Origin: a virus
Length of the DNA stretch: 42,411 nucleotides
Direction: 5' to 3' (one strand)
IMG/VR virus record: IMGVR_UViG_3300032007_000171
Span: 1 to 42,411 of that record
Part shown: piece after piece, positions 1-8,513 of the stretch
Position numbering within the stretch: position 1 is the first letter of the stretch
Layout of the letters: each line of letters opens with the position of its first letter
Program-made: the position numbers and the translations under genes
Notes under the pieces: model-generated
What the model was told of the DNA's origin: nothing
Database searches by the model: none
Seen by the model: the letters and a program-made list of their open reading frames with translations, nothing else

Positions 1-127
1 GAGCGCCGCGCCGCCATTGAGCGTAATCTGGCAAACTCGGAGCGCCTGCAGGAATTGATGCAGAAGGTGATTAAGGAATGAGAATGTCAGCGGCCATACA
101 GCGCATGAGGCTGATGCGTCAGGCACA
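1..127. repeat. Terminal direct repeat, identical to 42285-42411 (circular-assembly overlap or terminal redundancy)
   Basis: Read base by base, GAGCGCCGCGCCGCCATTGAGCG...CGTCAGGCACA occurs at both window ends. It duplicates the 3' end of CDS 41553..42365 and the 5' end of CDS 78..377. Confidence 0.95.
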
Positions 128-377
128 TTTGGACTTCGGTCTGATGTTCTACGCCTCTAAAGAGCCTTTCGGACTCCGGAAGGTGGAGCGCTGCGCCCTT
201 CGGTCACGGCCGGTAGATGCTGCAGGCGATAAGAAGACGCCCGGGCGTAAGTTCGAAATGACAGATCGGTTCCTGTATTTCACCGACCTCGATACCGGAG
301 AAGCGAAACAATGCCGCAAGCGCCTGATCACGAAGGTACGCTTCGGTAACGACTGGTATGAAGTAACACTTGAATAA
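78..377 (+). CDS. Hypothetical protein (99 aa)
   Basis: The ATG overlaps the TGA of the preceding gene (GGAATGAG, an ATGA junction). The stop lies 10 nt before the next ATG, inside a tightly packed plus-strand operon. Confidence 0.55.
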   Translation: MRMSAAIQRMRLMRQAHLDFGLMFYASKEPFGLRKVERCALRSRPVDAAGDKKTPGRKFEMTDRFLYFTDLDTGEAKQCRKRLITKVRFGNDWYEVTLE

Positions 378-387
378 TACATATCCT

Positions 388-1914
388 ATGAAGAAAGAAA
401 AAACAGTAGGCACTGCGGGTGCCGAAACGACATTCCTTGGCGATGGTCTCGGCTATACGCGCTCTAAGAAGGGTGATGTGGTCATGTTCACCATCGACGG
501 CCTGAGCGATGACGAGCAGGAACGCTTGGATAGCTACAGGCGGCTGTACCGGCCTTATACCGGTGAGAACGTGTGCGTCACTGTCGGAGGATATCATGTG
601 CCCATCTGGGGCGAGTTCCATAACCTCTATCCGCAAGAAGTGGATGCATTGATCCGGGAAAACAAACTACTGCCCGGAATCCTGCGTAAACAGGAGGACT
701 TTCTCTATGGTCACGGTCCGTACCTCTACCAGGAGCAGATTGTGGATGGTAAGAAGATCCGCGTGCCGGTAGAGGACGAGCAGATCCAGAACTGGCTCGA
801 TAGCTGGGAGAAGTACGGCGTCGATAGCTATGAGGACTACCTGCGCCAGTTGATCACCGATTATTACCGCGTACGTACCTGCGTCACGCAGTACCATTTT
901 GCGCGTGGCCGTGTCATTCCGGCTATGCAGCGCGGATCCATTCTCGCGCTCAGCTATGTCGGCGCTGATGAAGCACGCCTCGCGATGGAGGAGAATCCCA
1001 TCCATAAGCGCGTAAAGCAGAGCGATTGCGAGTATGTAGCCGTTGGAGACTGGATGCTGCGCACGAATGGTGTGAACTTCGAGATCTACAACCGCCTGGA
1101 TCCTGCCAATCCGTTCAAGTACCCGAATGCGATCGCGTTTAACAGCTCGAAGTCATTTGGCAAATGGGTGTACGCATATAATGAGTGGTTCGCCGGCCTT
1201 CGTGAGTGGGTGAAGGCGTCCAACCTCACGCCGCGATATCTGAATAGCTATCTGAAGAATGCGCTGAATGCACATGTGCATGTGAAGATCCCTCAAGCCT
1301 GGATAGTAACGCATACCGATATCCTGAAGTCGATGTGTGCCCAGAACCTCGGCAATAAGAGCGAAAAATGGGTATATGAGTACCGCGGTGTGAAGCTCGT
1401 GGATCCGGAGAAGAAGCAACCGTACGCCTTCAGCCAGAATATGGTCGATGATCTGATAGCCAATGAGCTGGAGAAGATCACCAACCTCTTATCCGGAGAA
1501 GGTAAGAACCAGGGCAAACTGTACGCTACTACCAAGGTAGGTCAGGAAGGCTGGGAGTTTGTAGAGTTCCCGTCTAAGTTCAAAGACTATTTCGAGTCTG
1601 TCATCAGCTATGACAAACGCGCCGATCAGGTTACGCTTGCCGGTATTGGTATTAACTCGTCGATCACCAATGTGGAGAATGACGGTGTGATATCCAAATC
1701 GGGTGCCGATGTGTACTACAACTATGTAGTGTACCTCAATGCGCTTTCGTATCCGGAGAAGTTTGTATGCAAGGAGATCAACCGCGCTATTCAACTCAAC
1801 TTCCCGCACGCCGTGGAACAAAATATAAAGCTCGGTTTCCGCATCGAAGTGCCTGTGAAACAGCAGGAGACTACACCGTCGGATCGGATCACCGAAAAGC
1901 AGCCTGTCGGATAG
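388..1914 (+). CDS. Putative portal protein (508 aa from ATG 388; the track ORF starts at TTG 370)
   Basis: This is the only unassigned 400-700-aa ORF outside the tail module, and it sits in the same operon as the terminase genes. No motif was recognised, so the assignment is positional only. Confidence 0.45.
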   Translation: MKKEKTVGTAGAETTFLGDGLGYTRSKKGDVVMFTIDGLSDDEQERLDSYRRLYRPYTGENVCVTVGGYHVPIWGEFHNLYPQEVDALIRENKLLPGILRKQEDFLYGHGPYLYQEQIVDGKKIRVPVEDEQIQNWLDSWEKYGVDSYEDYLRQLITDYYRVRTCVTQYHFARGRVIPAMQRGSILALSYVGADEARLAMEENPIHKRVKQSDCEYVAVGDWMLRTNGVNFEIYNRLDPANPFKYPNAIAFNSSKSFGKWVYAYNEWFAGLREWVKASNLTPRYLNSYLKNALNAHVHVKIPQAWIVTHTDILKSMCAQNLGNKSEKWVYEYRGVKLVDPEKKQPYAFSQNMVDDLIANELEKITNLLSGEGKNQGKLYATTKVGQEGWEFVEFPSKFKDYFESVISYDKRADQVTLAGIGINSSITNVENDGVISKSGADVYYNYVVYLNALSYPEKFVCKEINRAIQLNFPHAVEQNIKLGFRIEVPVKQQETTPSDRITEKQPVG

Positions 1915-1976
1915 CCTTTAAGCACAAAAGACGCGATTTTGCGAAAAATTTGTGTTTTCAAAAAAATTTCGATTTT

Positions 1977-2321
1977 TCCACTCCAACACTCCAACACTCC
2001 AACAAAACCGGGTGGCCGAAATCGTAAGTCGCTTATTTACAGCGTTTTTTGAAATTCAAATTATGTTGGAGTAGCCGAAAATGACTCCAACACTGTTGGA
2101 GAAACTACTCCAACACTCCAACAAACAGAAGAGCGTCCGAAAATGCTACTCCAACAAACTCCAACAAAAACGAACACACTCCAACAAAATTATAGAATGC
2201 AAATAATCACGCCATTTCTATATATAATTTATTGAAAATGAGTAATTTATATAATAATAATATAGGATTGTGCAGGGTGTCAAAAATACACTTTGTTGGA
2301 GTGTTGGAGTGTTGGAGTGGA
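1977..2321. repeat. Iteron field: 14 copies of the 8-mer CTCCAACA/TGTTGGAG, bounded by a perfect 30-bp inverted repeat and enclosing an AT-rich core
   Basis: Plus-orientation copies start at 1981, 1989, 1997, 2085, 2108, 2116, 2149, 2159 and 2179. Inverted copies start at 2064, 2094, 2294, 2302 and 2310. The inverted repeat 1977-2006 (TCCACTCCAACACTCCAACACTCCAACAAA) is the reverse complement of 2292-2321. The AT-rich stretch is about 2190-2270. Confidence 0.9.
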
Positions 2322-2361
2322 TTTTTCAAATTTTTTTTCAAAAAAAATCGCACTTTTTCGC

Positions 2362-2412
2362 CTCGTGTGCGCATGTGTGCGTATATGATGTAAGCGCGCG
2401 TATGCGCGCGCG
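2362..2412. repeat. Alternating purine-pyrimidine GC-rich element (copy P), related to 19296-19385
   Basis: Sequence CTCGTGTGCGCATGTGTGCGTATATGATGTAAGCGCGCGTATGCGCGCGCG. It shares the blocks CTCGTG..GCGCATG and GTATATG..CGCGCGT..TATGC with the second locus. Confidence 0.6.
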
Positions 2413-2729
2413 AAAATGGCGTGGAACAATCACTTACGCGATCGTTTTGCTGGCTTCAGCATAATGATGACCGTAAAAATGGCATTTTTAACGATAAAAA
2501 GACAAATCCTTGTGCAAAAATGATAAATTACGGCTCGCGGTGGCCGTCTGCAGAATGTATAAACGTCGCATTTTCAAGGCCCGGAGCCTCCGGAGTAAAA
2601 AAATCGCACATGTGTGTTTGATTCCGAAGCCCGCGCACGCTGGTTCGCTCTCGTGGATGACACGATCCGGAAAATAACGGATATATGATTTTGCCCAGTT
2701 ATTAACAGGTTATTAACAATTTCAACAAA

Positions 2730-3374
2730 ATGGCAACGACTCTCGATCAAATACGAAATCTTGATCCTAAAACCGTAAGTATCATCAAACAGACCAAAGG
2801 TAAGCAGCTTGGTACCGCCACTCCGGAGATAGCTCAGTACATTCTCCAGATATCGAGGGCGTACGAGATCTTCAGCGGACCCGAATCGGATGGTACCATC
2901 ATGTCGGCGGCCATACAGCTGCAGAAGGAGTTTCCTACCATCAGCCTGCGTACAGCCCGTCGGCGTATATCCGAAAGCATATCCTATGTACATTCCCAGA
3001 CAGATACCTGCCCGGAGGAATGGCTCGAGTTCTATGCCGATAAGATGGATAAGCTCGGTAACTTATGCGAGAAGAATGGTGAACTCGAGGCGGCGCGCCG
3101 ATCCTATGAGATAGCATGTGAGTACCGGACTAAAGCAGCTGCAGGTAGAGTGGATCCGGAGCGTATCAAATTCAAGCGCATGTTAGTGTCTCCGGATGTA
3201 CAGGCTGCACGCCTCGGATTGGGTGGCGCCGGTATGCGTGAACTGTTAGCGCGCGGTAAACAACTCATAGAAGAGTCCGGCATATCCAATAAGGATAAGG
3301 AGCGTGTACTGTCTGAGTTGGAGATGGAAGCCGGTATAGAAGATATCACCTATGAAGAAGCGGATAATCAATAA
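2730..3374 (+). CDS. Putative small terminase subunit (214 aa)
   Basis: The ORF lies immediately upstream of the large terminase, overlaps it by 23 nt, and follows the iteron field. Evidence is positional only. Confidence 0.4.
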   Translation: MATTLDQIRNLDPKTVSIIKQTKGKQLGTATPEIAQYILQISRAYEIFSGPESDGTIMSAAIQLQKEFPTISLRTARRRISESISYVHSQTDTCPEEWLEFYADKMDKLGNLCEKNGELEAARRSYEIACEYRTKAAAGRVDPERIKFKRMLVSPDVQAARLGLGGAGMRELLARGKQLIEESGISNKDKERVLSELEMEAGIEDITYEEADNQ

Positions 3375-5082
3375 GGAGCATTTCGATGAGCAGTACTATT
3401 CTGCAGTGCAGACGCTGGCTCTATTGGCCGATACTCAGGATATGTATTTCGAGTTAGGCCGTGGATCCGGTAAGACTACTCATATACTCGGACCTCGTAT
3501 AGATCGTGTACAGAATAGTATGCCTGGATCTGTGCAGGTGTTTTTGGCTTCTACCTACAAATCTATATTCGAGAACCTGGTGCCTGGTATCATGGAGTTC
3601 TTTACCGATCATTATGAAGAGGATATGTATTACTGCATCGGTAAACGGCCACCGGCTCACTTCAAGCCATGCCGCACACTCATTACCGACTGGAAAAACA
3701 CGATATCGTTTGTCAATGGTACCGTGATCCAGTTTGTCAGCTGCGAGCGTCCGGAGCGGGCTAATGGTAAGAATATAGCGCACCTGTATATGGATGAGAT
3801 GCTGCACATTAAGCAGCGCGTAGTGGATGAGAATGTGCGCCCGGCCATGCGTTCTAAATCGACCTGCTTCTACGATTCTCCCTACTTCATGGGTACCACC
3901 GGCACTACTTCTACTCCGAATATAGAGACCGATCAGGATTGGTTCCTGAAGTACGAGAATAAGATGGATCCGGAGAAGATCCGTACGATTCAGGCTATCG
4001 CGCTCGAGCTGGATCACCGGTACTACATGTTAGAGAATGCGCAACTCCGGAATGACGAGGCGGCTATCCGGAAGCTCACGAATTACTGCAGGCGAATCGA
4101 GGCGATGCTCACTCAGCTACGGCGTGGATCCATTTACTACCTCCGGGCCTCTTCATTCAGTAACATTAAGATCCTTGGTACCGACTATATCCAAAAGCAG
4201 ATGGAAGGCACCTTGGATAAGGCGTCGCTTAACACCTCTATCTTTGCCGTGCGCGAAAATAGAGTCAAAGATATGTTCTTCGGCCATTTCGGTCTGAAGT
4301 ATATCGAATCGGATACCTATAAACTCGAGCGTATTGAATCGCTCTCGATAGGAGAAGAGGCGAACTTCACATGTGCCGATATGCGTAACTGTAATCTCGA
4401 TGCACCTTTATATATAGGATACGATCCGGGACCGTTCACCTCTATGGTTATCGGTCAATATAACGAAGATCGTACCGTATTTCATGTGCTGAAGGATATC
4501 TACACATGGTGGCCTGAGCAGCAACCACAACTGGCCTACCTATTCCAGAACTTCTTTGCGCCGATGCGTAATAAACAGATCTTCCTTCATTATGACCGTG
4601 CCGGCAACCAGCGAGATCCACAGTGGAAAAAGTATAAACCTACTTTTGGAGACGAATCGGATACCGATGCTCAGACTCTGAAGATGGAACTCGAGCAAAG
4701 AGGTTGGAATGTCGATCTGATGTCACTCGGCCAACCTACCATCTATTATAAACAGCATCTGCATTTGCTCTCGAGACTCTTCAGCGGTAAAGATGACTTC
4801 CAGGTGCACGGCATTCCGGTGATTAAGATCCGGATAGATGAGAATGAATGTGAGGCCCTGATATCGTCTATCTATAACTCTCCGCTGAAGCGTACCGGCG
4901 GTGAAGTGGAACTCGATAAGTCCTCGGAGAAAAAGCCGTTTGAAGAGCAGGCGTTTGGATCCACTCAGATAGCTTCCGCGCTTATGTACCTCTTATGGGG
5001 TGAGTTTTCGAAAAAGTACCTCAATGTGGCCGATCACCATGATCTGTCCGGAGGCTATGCAGGATTCACCGGCATAAAGTAA
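3352..5082 (+). CDS. terL: Large terminase subunit (576 aa)
   Basis: There is an N-terminal P-loop ELGRGSGKTTH (Walker A) and an acidic Walker-B-like HLYMDEM. Size and context are typical of TerL. Confidence 0.8.
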   Translation: MKKRIINKEHFDEQYYSAVQTLALLADTQDMYFELGRGSGKTTHILGPRIDRVQNSMPGSVQVFLASTYKSIFENLVPGIMEFFTDHYEEDMYYCIGKRPPAHFKPCRTLITDWKNTISFVNGTVIQFVSCERPERANGKNIAHLYMDEMLHIKQRVVDENVRPAMRSKSTCFYDSPYFMGTTGTTSTPNIETDQDWFLKYENKMDPEKIRTIQAIALELDHRYYMLENAQLRNDEAAIRKLTNYCRRIEAMLTQLRRGSIYYLRASSFSNIKILGTDYIQKQMEGTLDKASLNTSIFAVRENRVKDMFFGHFGLKYIESDTYKLERIESLSIGEEANFTCADMRNCNLDAPLYIGYDPGPFTSMVIGQYNEDRTVFHVLKDIYTWWPEQQPQLAYLFQNFFAPMRNKQIFLHYDRAGNQRDPQWKKYKPTFGDESDTDAQTLKMELEQRGWNVDLMSLGQPTIYYKQHLHLLSRLFSGKDDFQVHGIPVIKIRIDENECEALISSIYNSPLKRTGGEVELDKSSEKKPFEEQAFGSTQIASALMYLLWGEFSKKYLNVADHHDLSGGYAGFTGIK

Positions 5083-5119
5083 ACTTTATAGTAAACTTTA
5101 TAGTAAACTTATAGTAAAC
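5079..5119. repeat. Tandem 12-mer GTAAACTTTATA (about 3.4 copies) overlapping the terL stop codon
   Basis: GTAAACTTTATA GTAAACTTTATA GTAAACTTATA GTAAAC, read directly from the sequence. Confidence 0.9.
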
Positions 5120-5120
5120 G

Positions 5121-5152
5121 AAACAGCCCGTCTCACGACGAGCTGTTTTCTT
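5121..5152 (+). terminator. Intrinsic terminator after terL
   Basis: Stem CAGCCCGTC / GACGAGCTG (one mismatch) with loop TCAC, followed by TTTTCTT. Confidence 0.6.
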
Positions 5153-5192
5153 AATAACTTAACCTTAAATCTAATACCATGAAAAACATTTG

Positions 5193-5218
5193 CTGACAGA
5201 CTTTAAGCCGTCTGTCAG
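5193..5218. terminator. Perfect 9-bp hairpin between convergent genes (possible bidirectional terminator)
   Basis: CTGACAGAC-TTTAAGCC-GTCTGTCAG. It overlaps the stop of the minus-strand CDS 5215..5631, and on the minus strand a T-run follows (GCAAATGTTTTTC). Confidence 0.5.
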
Positions 5219-5631
5219 GGCTTTTGTTCTATAGCTTGGCGCAAGTTGGTTAGTACGGACTCGCGTATGGCTTCGCCTATGCCCGTCCGGAGGCGTGTGC
5301 GTACGCTGTCATCTCTACCGAAAAATACTCCCCAGGTAGGACGGTTGTACACCGCTGCGTTAGCACCTTTCTTACCTCCCAGGCGTTTCATATCGGCGAA
5401 ACGTAGGCGTATGTCTATAGGCAGCACTATCCGGTACCGGCCGTTACTGCCTATTACACCATCCTGACGGCCGGCCACTCCGCTTACCAAGGCATCCCAG
5501 TTAAATCCGGAATCCTCGATAGGTGATCGCTTGGCATTTAGTTGCTCGATCTGCGCACGGCGCAATTTGTCTAAGCCCCACTGCAGCGTCTGAACGATAA
5601 ACTCATGTTTTACGACTCCTTCTGTAACCAT
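5215..5631 (-). CDS. Hypothetical protein (138 aa), last gene of a late-promoter operon
   Basis: ATG start with a 22-nt overlap with the upstream gene. Operon context only. Confidence 0.6.
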   Translation of the reverse strand: MVTEGVVKHEFIVQTLQWGLDKLRRAQIEQLNAKRSPIEDSGFNWDALVSGVAGRQDGVIGSNGRYRIVLPIDIRLRFADMKRLGGKKGANAAVYNRPTWGVFFGRDDSVRTRLRTGIGEAIRESVLTNLRQAIEQKP

Positions 5632-6035
5632 TGATCACATGCGCGATAGATCCGCTCGGCCATCTGACGAATCGCGCCCTGGCGTTGCGGTGTTAACAGT
5701 TCCATAATACCGGCGTCATTCACCCAGGTTATACCAACCTCTTTAATCGTCGCGGCGTCACAATCATTCAGGGCGTCGGCCATAAGGCTGATCACTCCAT
5801 TCATAACTACACTCTGACTGTCGCCGGCGATGTGGATAATACCCTCCTGATCAAAATCGACCTTAAAAACAGTGCGGCTGATACAACCGGCTATCAGATG
5901 TTCCTGGCCTAAGATAGTAGGATGCAGATCCTGACCTACCATTGACAGATACTCCATGATACCGTGCTTATCACCGGCACTCTTCAGACCTGCAGCTACA
6001 ATGGTCTGTTGGTTAATTAGTTGTTGCTTGTTCAT
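5610..6035 (-). CDS. SufE/CsdE-like sulfur-acceptor domain protein (141 aa from ATG 6035; the track starts at GTG 6041)
   Basis: The motifs AGCIS(R)..(20 aa)..GDS..(6 aa)..G..(about 45 aa)..LTPQRQGAIRQM match the SufE family layout GCxS-x19-DS-x6-G ... L(S/T)PxRxxG with the same spacing. Length is about 140 aa, as for SufE. Confidence 0.65.
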   Translation of the reverse strand: MNKQQLINQQTIVAAGLKSAGDKHGIMEYLSMVGQDLHPTILGQEHLIAGCISRTVFKVDFDQEGIIHIAGDSQSVVMNGVISLMADALNDCDAATIKEVGITWVNDAGIMELLTPQRQGAIRQMAERIYRACDQWLQKES

Positions 6036-6564
6036 AATCACTTGCTATAAAGGTAAAGAATGCCGTGTAGCCGATAAGACCATTAAGGGCTTTGGCATCC
6101 AAAAAACGTATCTCAAAATCTCCCTCCAGATGCATTCCGAGTAAGCACTCTTTTTCGGCATCGGCCGATATAGCTCTGCAGATCTTCTTTAGCGTCTCAA
6201 GGCACCGGTTCTGCGTGGCCAACTCACTCACTACATCCGTATTGGACCGGTTGTAGTGCTCGCACACACTGATACCTAATGACATCTGAGATCCGTCGTC
6301 CACTCCGGGCGTGTAATTGATCTTATCGGAATCGACCATGAAGATCTGTTTGTTACTGTTACGTAGCTTCTGCAGCACAAAATCCGAATCACCGATGAAG
6401 ATAAAATCACCGATAGAAGCTATACGGCGGTCGCTCTCGTCGGCCATTACTTCTGCCTGAATCTGCGCGGCATCTTTTTCGTTACCGGATTTGATGTAGT
6501 TTTTTTTGAGTACATCCAGCGGTACGAACTTGGCAAAATAACGATATAATTCTACTAAATCCAT
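6013..6564 (-). CDS. Hypothetical protein (183 aa)
   Basis: ATG start and tight operon packing. No motif recognised. Confidence 0.6.
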   Translation of the reverse strand: MDLVELYRYFAKFVPLDVLKKNYIKSGNEKDAAQIQAEVMADESDRRIASIGDFIFIGDSDFVLQKLRNSNKQIFMVDSDKINYTPGVDDGSQMSLGISVCEHYNRSNTDVVSELATQNRCLETLKKICRAISADAEKECLLGMHLEGDFEIRFLDAKALNGLIGYTAFFTFIASDYEQATTN

Positions 6565-6577
6565 AGATCTGTATTAT

Positions 6578-7453
6578 TTACGATAAACGGGTAATAGTAT
6601 TGATGGAAAGTCCGGTTTTCTTCACAATATCAGCGATAGAAGAGCCTCCGGACTTGGCATCTGCTATACGGTCCTTCAGCAGTTTTACTTGTGCATCGAA
6701 GAAATCGAGCAATCCCATATTTCTCACGTCTCGATGACCGGCTGTCTCCAGCTCCAGGATAATCTCCTGTACACCTAATGAGATATAGTCTTCAGACTTG
6801 GCTTTTTCCGACTTCACGGCGTCGAAAAGCACACTGTAGGTATCATGCTCTTGGAAAAACAGAGCCACTCCGGTGAACCACACCGTCACAGCCAATAGCT
6901 CAACCGGAGTGGGCTCGGACACGCGGGCGTTCATCTCCACGTGCCATAGTGTTTTTGCCAGTTTTGTCATGTAATACAGCCGGTCATCGTCGTCGTTATC
7001 CTTATCGTTTACCATAGATAAGATCTGCGTCGCTTCAGCATAGATACCGGCGGTTAGATTTGTCTCGATCAGACGGTCCCGGATAAAATGCGGCTGTACA
7101 CCTTTGCCCTTAAACAGCTCAAACGGGCAATCATGCATATCGTACTTGATCTGCACCTTATTGTCCTCAATACTGAAGGCGAAATCCAGGCACTCGGCCA
7201 ACCGGCGTAAATTCTCGATCACTGTATCCCGTACCGTGTGCTGCTTATAGCCTAATATCGCGCGGCGTGTCGCTCTCGAGGGCTTGTAGCCGGTAATCTC
7301 TATTAGCATATGCAGCTGCCACTCGAATGGATCCAGCGCACCGGCCATAACCAGGGCTAATAACTCGAATCCTTTGCGGCGTTGCTTCTCGCTGATCTCC
7401 ATCCAATCCTCCGGAAGGAGAAGATCCTTACCTGATGTCTGAATGCGTTTCAC
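6578..7453 (-). CDS. Hypothetical protein (291 aa) with a C-terminal HTH-like segment
   Basis: The GTG start overlaps the upstream stop (GTGA). The C-terminus IADIVKKTGLSINTITRL resembles a helix-turn-helix. Confidence 0.55.
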   Translation of the reverse strand: MKRIQTSGKDLLLPEDWMEISEKQRRKGFELLALVMAGALDPFEWQLHMLIEITGYKPSRATRRAILGYKQHTVRDTVIENLRRLAECLDFAFSIEDNKVQIKYDMHDCPFELFKGKGVQPHFIRDRLIETNLTAGIYAEATQILSMVNDKDNDDDDRLYYMTKLAKTLWHVEMNARVSEPTPVELLAVTVWFTGVALFFQEHDTYSVLFDAVKSEKAKSEDYISLGVQEIILELETAGHRDVRNMGLLDFFDAQVKLLKDRIADAKSGGSSIADIVKKTGLSINTITRLS

Positions 7454-8454
7454 GATACGGCAAATTTATCACGTTCACTAATTGCTCGAGCAGATTTGTA
7501 CACAGCTGCGCTCTTCTCTTCTTTCACCTGCAGCTCTGCATCGACGGCTTTCCAATAAGCAGCTGCTTTCTCGGCAAAGACGCCGGCCACCTTCTCGCGG
7601 ATGGTAGTGTCAGCCTGGGCGGCGTGATTCTTACCCATCTCATTGTTAATATCTATCCGGATAGGTGAGGGGAGTGCATGGAAGGCCAGACGGCGGCATG
7701 CGCGGGCCATAACGTCATAGCATATAGCTTGTTTCTGGACTTCGCTCAGGGAAGCACCCTCCGTCCGGCTCTTGATGCACTCACGGTAAACCTCACGTAC
7801 TATCCAGCCGGCATATAACAGGAATGTAGGATCACTCACACCTACATAGCGCTCGAAATCGGAGATACTTACCGGAAGATCTTCCATCTGCTTGTGCTCA
7901 TCGCTACCGGCCCAATCCGGGAACTCATCCGGATGATCATTCAGCAGCTTGATCAACCGGTTCAACCAGAACCAGGCATCGCTGATCAGATTCTCCTCGA
8001 GCTGATCCTGTTGGTACTTATAGATGGTGGTCTTATCATCGGACTTCGTGACCGTCACACCGTCGTTATCGACATTAGCGATCAGATAGATGATGTGGTG
8101 ATATAGGGCAAAGTGCAGAATGGCTCTCTGCAGATAATCGAGGGCTTCAGCTTTCACGGCCGTTCCCATCTCGTTCCCATCCTGGATGTCACCGGCTGGT
8201 TCATCTGCGGCCGGTTCCTGCGGATCCTCTACCGGCTCTTCAGACTCCGGTTCCGGAGTGGGTTCCGGTTCCGGCTCCGGATCCGGCTTCTTGCAGATAG
8301 CCTCGTAGGTCTTACTACCTAATTTATCGCTCATCTCGGCACATACCTTTTCGATACTGCTCTCTATATTCTCGTACTCGAGCGCCTTAAAGGCCATGCT
8401 CAGTTTCGGCTTCATTTCCTCTTGGAAATTCTCGCTGGTAAATGGATTAGTCAT
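7450..8454 (-). CDS. Hypothetical protein (334 aa) with an acidic Pro/Glu-rich linker, first gene after a late promoter
   Basis: ATG at 8454 lies 15 nt downstream of promoter element 8469-8506. The protein has a PDPEPEPEPTPEPESEEPVEDPQEP low-complexity tract. Confidence 0.65.
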   Translation of the reverse strand: MTNPFTSENFQEEMKPKLSMAFKALEYENIESSIEKVCAEMSDKLGSKTYEAICKKPDPEPEPEPTPEPESEEPVEDPQEPAADEPAGDIQDGNEMGTAVKAEALDYLQRAILHFALYHHIIYLIANVDNDGVTVTKSDDKTTIYKYQQDQLEENLISDAWFWLNRLIKLLNDHPDEFPDWAGSDEHKQMEDLPVSISDFERYVGVSDPTFLLYAGWIVREVYRECIKSRTEGASLSEVQKQAICYDVMARACRRLAFHALPSPIRIDINNEMGKNHAAQADTTIREKVAGVFAEKAAAYWKAVDAELQVKEEKSAAVYKSARAISERDKFAVS

Positions 8455-8468
8455 ATCTCAAAAATTTT

Positions 8469-8506
8469 GTGCAAAGTTACAACTTTTTTTCCATATATCA
8501 AAAGAC
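8469..8506 (-). promoter_or_regulatory. Late-type promoter element (copy a, slightly divergent)
   Basis: The minus strand reads GTCTTTTGATATATGGAAAAAAAGTTGTAACTTTGCAC, giving TTTG (-33) and TAacTTTG (-7). Confidence 0.65.
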
Positions 8507-8513
8507 GTATTTT

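Noticed and set aside
1977-2321. CRISPR-array reading of the CTCCAACA repeats
   Set aside because: The repeats are only 8 bp. Many are directly tandem with no spacers, they occur in both orientations, and there are no cas genes.
2270-2621. Short plus-strand ORFs (2270..2464, 2421..2621) and the minus-strand ORF 2574..2993 in the iteron/GC-element region
   Set aside because: At least 2270..2464 begins at a GTG start. The plus-strand ORFs translate repeat and alternating-CG DNA into Cys/Arg-rich peptides. The minus-strand ORF overlaps the better-placed terS candidate. The region behaves as non-coding regulatory DNA.
3454-4017. 187-aa minus-strand ORF inside terL
   Set aside because: It is antisense to the terminase ORF, which has Walker motifs, and it has no supporting signals.
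7450-8454. Pro/Glu/Asp-rich tracts (PDPEPEPEPTPEPE here; DADPDPDPEPE in the capsid N-terminus at about 38480-38520) as a shared functional motif
   Set aside because: These are short low-complexity acidic linkers that arise easily by slippage. Two occurrences are not enough to claim a shared function.
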